A stretch of 64,000 nucleotides of DNA from Eledone cirrhosa (taxonomy: Eukaryota). The stretch spans positions 186,310,001-186,374,000 of the forward strand of contig OZ024740.1 of NCBI GenBank assembly GCA_964016885.1, given 5' to 3'. Positions within the stretch are counted from its first letter, which is position 1. Each line of letters opens with the position of its first letter. This document shows, one piece after another, positions 56,900 through 64,000 of the stretch. The notes under the pieces were generated by a model. The model was not told where the DNA came from. It ran no database searches and saw only the letters and a program-made list of their open reading frames with translations. Position numbers and translations under genes: made by a program.

Positions 56900-57582
56900 T
56901 AAAGACACGGGCGTTTTCTCTTCGAAAAAATCTGTCCGAGATGCGTGCGCGACGAGGAAACCGTCGCACACGCATTTGTACACTGCCCGGGCGTTACCGA
57001 CCTGTGGGGCTATGTAGAACGACTATTGTCGCGGGTGGGACCAATCCAGTTGACCATCGAGTCCATTGTCATGATCAAACCGCCACCCTCCTTCAAAAAC
57101 GAGGGAGAGGCGGTTTACCTATGTGTCATGGCTATGTTGAAAGAGGTTATACGGTGCACGAGGTTAAAAAGGGCTGAGGTCAGACACCTTTCTCTCCGGT
57201 GAGCAACTGATTCGTTTTTTCAAATATCATTTTGGAAGAAGAATCAGGATGGAGAGAGAGGTGCTGTACTCCAGCAAATTTTATAAAAGGTGGGTGAATG
57301 TGGAAAAGATGGTCCGAGTGGTTGGGCCTTCTCTCTATATAAGCCTGTAGGTTTAGGAAAAAGAGGAAGAGAGGAAGGGAGTACTCACTCATGGTGCTCC
57401 TGGAGATGAGGGTTGTACATTTTTTTCGGGGTGTGTACAACCACTGTGTAACACCTCCTCCCTACTGGGGATTTCAATTGTTATTTGTTATTGTATTAAT
57501 AGTTTTATTTTCATATACCTGTATGTAAACTCCCCATTTGTATTGGCCCCCTTCTTTTGTGCCCTTGTGGCTAATAAAAAAA
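56900..57582 (+). mobile_element. L1/Tx1-clade LINE 3' fragment
   Basis: CPRCVRDEETVAHAFVHCP..LW (CCHC zf-RVT-like motif); 3' UTR ending in aataaaaaaa. Confidence 0.8.
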
Positions 57583-59310
57583 GTTATCTGACTCGTAGCT
57601 CCTACGTGTTGCTATGTGACTGAGATTGTGTCACTATCTATACAAGACTTTTGACATCTCAATGTTTTTCCCTCTCTTCCTCTCGCTCTCTCATTATAGA
57701 TTCCTTAATAAAAAGAATATGGTACCCAGAACATAATGCTTGTGAATTGCAGAGTCTGTAATGTTTATGTGTTTATTTCTTAAAAACTGAACCTTTTCTT
57801 CTGCGTCGCGCTTCATCTGATAATATCTTATTTTTCGATCGACTAAACTATCTAGATCGATTTTTCTATTTTGGCCTGGATCGTTTGACTATGTTATCCA
57901 GGGCCAGATGTATCGTGAGTGTTGGGGAACGAATGCTCTGCATAACCCTTGTCAAACAGAGCCCTCCGAAACTGGAACTGACCCGGAACCACCAAAGTCT
58001 AAATAAAGCCCTAATGTCATCCATTTTCCAACCGTAGTGAGGATGGGGGGGGGTCTTCCAAATAGCCTCGGTCTATCTCTTGTATACTATTTGACAACTG
58101 CATGGGTTCACCTATTGTCTGTATGTAGACTTTGCGATATGTCCGGCTCAGCTGAACGGGTAATTTCGGAACTCTGCGATCACATCGTTCAATCCGTTTT
58201 ATTTTCGAATTGCCTGGTTTCGGTATGATTTCTCAATAATGTTCCTAGCTTAGATCATTCCATCGTCCCCTCTGTTCTAGACAATCTTTCGTAGTAACCC
58301 GCATCTCACTTGTTTATAAGTACAGTAGTAGAGAACTATTGAAAATATTTACACACAGGGTCGTGTCGATGAGTGCATTATGTGCTTCATCAATGAAGAC
58401 ATTGATTTCCACCCAGCTTTATTCAGTTCGTAGTTTCAGCATTCATGTCTCCGCATATATTTACTGTCTGCACAAATATAATATGGGAAAATTTGTTAAG
58501 GAGAATTCATAAAAACAAAGGTTGAGCATAAAACAAAAATTAGAACGAATACAAATGTAAAAAAGGAAGATTACATAGGAACGAATAAGATAGGCCGTTG
58601 AAAACGAGTGTGGTTGATGTATGTATGTGTGTACGAGTGTGTGTGCATGTGTGCGTGCTTGTATGTGTGTGTGTGTGTGTGCGCGTGTGTATGTGTGTTG
58701 TATCCATTATACGCAATAAGAACTGGCAGTCTGTATGCAGTGAATGTAAAGTCAAAACTTGGGAATTTATTAAGCGATACAGCTACATTGTAAAACAAGA
58801 CAACTGACTGGCTTCACTAAATCTGTGCCTCGCTATATTTAATTGTGCACCTAATGAAGTATAAAGATAGAATTCTCTTGAAGTCGAACTTGTATAGATG
58901 ACTAGAATACGCAGAAGCTAATATAGCTTAGAATATTAATAATACAAGAAAATGTGCTGCTGAGGATTGGGTAATAAAATAAAAGATTTGAAGTAATATA
59001 TATGCATATATAATATGATATACATACTTTCCCCTATTAATATGTTATGTAAGTTTCTATATGTTTGAACTCACATTATATTTGATAAAAGCATATTATG
59101 CTAGTCTTATTCGTAATTTCGGCTACATTAACACAGCGGAGAGGTAGGACGACAGATGGTCTTTTATACAATTTTATCCAAACTTGCGCTTTGGAGAGAC
59201 CATAGTTGCGTACCACAGAAGGAGTCCAAATACAAGAATATATGAATAGTAATATTAAAACACCATATGAAAAGTAATTGTACATCTATGTGTTTGTGTA
59301 TATATATATA

Positions 59311-59511
59311 TAACAAAGGAATTGTGGTAAGGAACCAGATGGACCATAACGCACCAGAGTACTCAACACTTAGGGTAGTAGAGTGGGAAATAGGAAAAAG
59401 TAAGACCCCGACGGTAGAGCTCAAGCCGTTTCGACGGCTATTACTGGACTATTTGAGTCCAGAAATAGCCGTCGAAACGACTTGAGCTCTGCCGTCGGGG
59501 TCTTACTTTTT

Positions 59512-59514
<3 letters not shown>
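59311..59514 (-). mobile_element. Family A hairpin element, copy 4
   Basis: Near-perfect hairpin ~59390-59515 plus a tail with GAGTACTC (59357-59364); TA-flanked. Confidence 0.8.
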
Positions 59515-59576
<62 letters not shown>

Positions 59577-59775
59577 TTGTATATATATATATATTTAGGT
59601 TTGTTGGTTCACCACTGGATAGAACTGGTCATTCTATATGGTCAACCTCGATGTAATATTATGGAGAGCACTCGGCGTAATGCAACTCACCCGTCTTCTT
59701 GGTGGTGCGAGTACGGAGTTAATTATTATAAATTAACAGGAGGCTGGACTGGTGTAATTCCTTAAAAAGTTTATT

Positions 59776-59833
59776 ATACTATGATAATTTCAATGACCGG
59801 GTTCTGTATGAATCCGGTGACATCATCAGGTAT
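59776..59833 (-). ncRNA. Hammerhead ribozyme (predicted)
   Basis: Reverse complement: atac CTGATGA tgtcaccggattcatacagaacccggtcatt GAAA ttatca TA^gtat. Confidence 0.75.
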
Positions 59834-60002
59834 TCGAAATATAACAAAGGAACATAATAGACAAAATCCATGGTGCTGAAAATCAGAGACATGAGGGCGG
59901 CCGACCATTTAGCAGCTCCCAGCCTGGTCAACCGCCCTCAAGTATGTCTATGTTTTTCAGCACCATGGATTTTGTCTATTATATTTCTTTGTTATATTTC
60001 CA

Positions 60003-60060
60003 ATACCTGATGATTTCACCGGATTCATACTGAACCTGTTCATTGAAATGATCATAGTAT
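60003..60060 (+). ncRNA. Hammerhead ribozyme (predicted)
   Basis: atac CTGATGA tttcaccggattcatactgaacctgttcatt GAAA TGATCA TA^gtat; palindromic stem III. Confidence 0.75.
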
Positions 60061-60113
60061 AATAAACCTTTTAAGGAATTACAACAGTCTAGCCTCCTGT
60101 TATTATATATATG

Positions 60114-60172
<59 letters not shown>

Positions 60173-60179
60173 TATCATA

Positions 60180-60420
60180 TATTGAGTTAGAAACTCAAAA
60201 TAGTCTTTTACAAAAAAATAGCTCAAAGAAGGGAATCTTTCCGAGCCGTGTAATATAATTGGATTTGGATCTATGAGAGTATTTTTTTAACCTAGCTAAT
60301 TTGGTCATTTGCAATTGGAACACATGTATACTTATATCTGTGTTCATCCCTCTCATATAAGAAGGACCTATGTCCGAAACATCAAACCTTCTTCTACTTC
60401 CCCCTAAGCGTCGATCTAAT
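60180..60420. mobile_element. Composite of family B pieces and a 55520-type HHR remnant
   Basis: Reverse complement of the family B tail (60180-60262), a forward family B arm piece (60318-60354), then gaaggacctatgtccgaaacatc. Confidence 0.55.
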
Positions 60421-60548
60421 ACATACACACATTTATGCATGCATACATTCATTCATGCATACATACATACATACATACATACATACATACATACATACAT
60501 ACATACATACATACATACATACATACATACATACATACATACATACAT

Positions 60549-61981
60549 GTGCCTGTCCTAACACCAACGTTTGGAATACTCAATTGGACGATAGATGAAA
60601 TCCGAGCAGTTGATGTTGGAACTCGAAAAATACTGAACAACACCGGAAACTTCCACATCAACAGTGACATAGACCGCCTTTACTTGAAACGTAAGCAGGG
60701 AGGCAGAGGCCTAACATCAATCCAGGCAACATTTGAATGTCGCATCATATCTCTCCGACAACATCTACGAACCTCGAAACGTAGGAGCCCGCTTCTCGAG
60801 CAAGTCTATCTGCATGAAACAGATAAGATCATGAGAGTTGGGAAGGAACTCCTTGAGAGATATTCCCTGTGTGATAATCAAAAACTCACACCCAGGGATG
60901 TCGCTCAGCAGTATCGCAGTGAATCCATGGATGAAAAACTGCATGCCTATCAGCAAAAAATCATGCATGGATATGTTGCCAGGAAGCTCCAAAGTGAGAG
61001 TAATATAGATAAGGAAAGTAGTCTATCTTGGACCAACAACCGCTATATTGGCTCCCACTTTGAATGATACGCTTTTGCAATCCAAGAACAGGAGATTAGC
61101 ACGAAATACCTGATTCACAAAAGAGATAGGGATGCAGGCAAAACACCTAGATGTGATAACAAGTGCAGACTCTGCAGAACTAACATCGAGGATATCACCC
61201 ATGTCATCTGCAGCTGCCCAAAGATGTCATCGCGGTACTATCTACCTATGAGGCATGATGTAGTGGCCAAAACACTGTACAATGCAGTTCGTAATAAAGA
61301 TAGCCCCGATAATAAACACATTAAAAGCTACAACAATGTGGAAGACATCCATGTACATAATATGAAAGAGTACTGGTGGAATGTTCCAGTAAAAACCCCA
61401 ATAAAATGCAGGCATAACAGACCAGATATTATGATATGGGACAGGGAGAAGAAAACATGCACAGTAGTGGAAATTAGCTGCCCAGCAGATGCCAATATAA
61501 TATCAAAGATTATTGAAAAGGAGAATATTTATGCAGAACTGATGCGAAATCTGCAGATACTCCACCCTGATTACACCTTCAGATTTATGCCTGTGATTAT
61601 TGGGGCACTGGGATAAGTTAGTAACTGCCTCAATACAAATCTTGAGAAGCTAGGCTTCACAGGAACAGAAAGAACACAACTAGTTAAGAAATTACAAGTA
61701 CAATCCATTAATGGAACAGTAAAAAGATGTAAAACATTCCAAAAATGTTGCATCTAATAACTGCATATACACATGTACAGATACAAAGCATATACACATG
61801 CACACATACAACTCAAAACATACACATCCACACATACAATAACATCCATATCTACACATGCATGCATATATATCTACCTAGTTGATGTTGTGTAAATTCC
61901 AATGAGAGAGTATTGTGTCTATGTTAGAAACCGACTCTCCCTCTATTGGTAAAACTTTGTGAAATTATAAAACCAGAAGAA
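60549..61981 (+). mobile_element. R4/Dong-clade non-LTR retrotransposon, 5'-truncated, in (TACA)n
   Basis: DIDRLYLKRKQGGRGL, AIQEQEI, CRLC..EDITHVICSC, RHDVVAK, RPDIMIWD..VVEISCP..K..Y, VIIGALG; stops at 61065 and 61614; (TACA)n on both sides. Confidence 0.9.
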
Positions 61982-62003
61982 CATACATACATACATACAT
62001 ACA

Positions 62004-62030
<27 letters not shown>

Positions 62031-62034
<4 letters not shown>

Positions 62035-62489
62035 TTATGCAGAACTGATGAGAAATCTGCAGATACTCCACCCTGTACACCTTCAGATTTATGCCTGTGA
62101 TTATTGGGGCACTGGGATATGTTAGTAACTGCCTCAATACAAATCTTGAGAAGCTAGGCTTCACAGGAACAGAAAGAACACAACTAGTTAGGAAATGACA
62201 AGTACAATCCATTAATGGAACAGTAAAAATATGTAAAACATTTCAAAAATGTTGCATCTAATAACTGCATATACACATGTACAGATACAAAGCATATACA
62301 CATGCACACATACAAGTCAAAACATACACATCCACACATACAATAACATCCATATCTACACATGCAGACATACATACATATCTACCTAGTTGATGTTGTG
62401 TAAATTCCAATGAGAGAGTCTTGTGTCTATGTTAGAAACCGACTCTCTCTCTATTGGTAAAACTTTGTGAAATTATAAAACCAGAAGAA
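62031..62489 (+). mobile_element. Second R4/Dong-type 3' copy
   Basis: Highly similar to ~61525-61981; ends ttataaaaccagaagaa(CATA)n. Confidence 0.9.
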
Positions 62490-62514
62490 CATACATACAT
62501 ACATACATAAAAAA

Positions 62515-63058
62515 TCAGCTACCCAGCAGATGTCAATATAATGCTAAATATTAGGGGAAGGTTTATGCTAAACTAATTAGAAATCTACACATACTCCACT
62601 TTGCCTATACTTTTAGATTTCTACTAGTGTTCATTGGGCCTTTTGGATATGTTACTAACTGCCTCAGTACAAAATTTGGAAATTTTGGCTTCAAAGAACT
62701 AGAATAAGCACGGCTAGTTGGGAAGTTGCAAGTAGACAATCAATGGAACTGAAAAATTATGTAAAACATTTCAGAAATAAAGCATGTAATAACTGCATAT
62801 ATACAGAAGTATACATACAGAAACATATGCAGATGTATGCTATAACTCACAACATACTGATCCACACATACAATAACACCCATAGCATACCTACCACACA
62901 CGTGCGTGCGCGCGGTCTCACACACATGCATACGTATTGACCAATTTGTTGTTACCTACATGCCAGGGAAATTGCCTTGTTTCAATGTTTGATATCGGCT
63001 CCCTCTCCTCCCTCTCTCTCTCAATTGGTTAAAATTTATAAGATTATAAAACCAGAAC
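62515..63058 (+). mobile_element. Third, more diverged R4/Dong-type 3' copy
   Basis: cagctacccagcagatg..ggatatgttactaactgcctc..attataaaaccagaacacacatac. Confidence 0.75.
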
Positions 63059-63086
63059 ACACATACACATACACACACACACACAG

Positions 63087-63126
<40 letters not shown>

Positions 63127-63129
63127 CCG

Positions 63130-64000
63130 CCATTCTCCTCAGGGTCGAACAACGAACCATCTTCACCCTACAGACCCACACTATCCCCGGCCTGAACTCC
63201 CCACCCTTATTCCTTTAGCCTTAGACCGCCCCCCTTCCCCCACACATATCCCCCACTAACACCACTAACACACCCCTCCTTTTCACCGCCCACCCCACAA
63301 CTAACAATACTAACACCTCCAACCCACACCCGACCACCCTTCCCAAACTAACATACTAACTTCCCTCCCTTCTTCTCCCCCCCCTCTCTATCACACGCAC
63401 ACACCCACCGGTACATATATACACGCGCTCACACTAAACACACACCCTACTACCACCACTAACCCTCATCCCCACACATCCACCCGACCACCCCGCAACT
63501 AACATCACTAACACCCCCCGACCCCAAGCACACGAACACACACCCACTTACACCACCCACTCTACACGCAACTAACATCACTAACACCCCCCAACCCTAC
63601 GCACACACCCTCTTACACCACCCACTCTACACACCCTACCACCACTGACCCCCACTCACACCCGCATTCAACCCTTTCTCCACCTCCAGTATACTAACAC
63701 CCACTAACACCCCCTTCACCACATACACACTCATCCAAACACGCACACACACACCAGTACACTACACTCCTTCCATCGGCCCCCACACCCTTCTCTCCCC
63801 GCTCCACACACACCCTTTCTCAAACACACACATCCCACTAACACCTCTACTAATACACCCCCCCCCTTCTCACTCCAACTTTCACACCTACCCATCCTCT
63901 CCCCTGTCCACCGCACCTCCGCACACACTGACACACCGACTTTCTTCACTTACCATTCTACCCTACTGCTGTTATGCCTCTCTGACCACCTCCCCGCACA
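63130..64000. repeat. C/A-rich, G-poor low-complexity region with degenerate caactaacatcactaacaccc units
   Basis: Strong strand asymmetry; runs off the window end. Confidence 0.7.

Larger units (their letters stand above)
59597..60105. mobile_element. Palindromic element with two head-to-head HHRs
   Basis: Arms ~59733-59907 and ~59925-60103; the left arm continues to 59597; (TA)n on both sides. Confidence 0.85.

Noticed and set aside
61065-61067. In-frame TGA as selenocysteine or readthrough
   Set aside because: The copy is 5'-truncated and has a second stop; a GGA-to-TGA nonsense change is simpler.
61898-61950. R4 3' UTR ccaatgagagagt...gaaac...actctc...attgg as a ribozyme
   Set aside because: The core is not CTGANGA and the topology is a simple stem-loop.

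Overview
AT-rich, microsatellite-dense eukaryotic non-coding DNA. The repeat content suggests a cephalopod such as Octopus, but that is an inference. I cannot support any intact host gene; nearly all listed ORFs are translations of (TA)n/(CA)n tracts. The window is full of decayed retroelements: four Penelope-like element (PLE) remnants, CRE-, RTE-, L1/Tx1- and R4/Dong-type LINE fragments, and seven clear copies of a tRNA-derived SINE. The main signal is a hammerhead-ribozyme (HHR) system. (1) A 4.35-kb array (46706-51057) of about 14 apparently identical 311-bp units carries 13 intact minimal type I HHRs. It is arranged as two head-to-head arms whose junction falls inside a ribozyme, and it sits in a (TA)n tract, like a retrozyme (circular RNA) concatemer. 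(2) About a dozen short (TA)n-flanked elements from several families show the same head-to-head, 3'-ends-outward layout, and many carry intact or partial HHRs. (3) HHRs lie about 30-40 nt from the 3' ends of three PLE remnants. (4) Several families share a self-complementary GAGU(A/G)CUC octamer, usually about 45 nt from the 3' end. Coordinates were read by eye and may be off by a few bases; all ribozyme activity is predicted, not shown.
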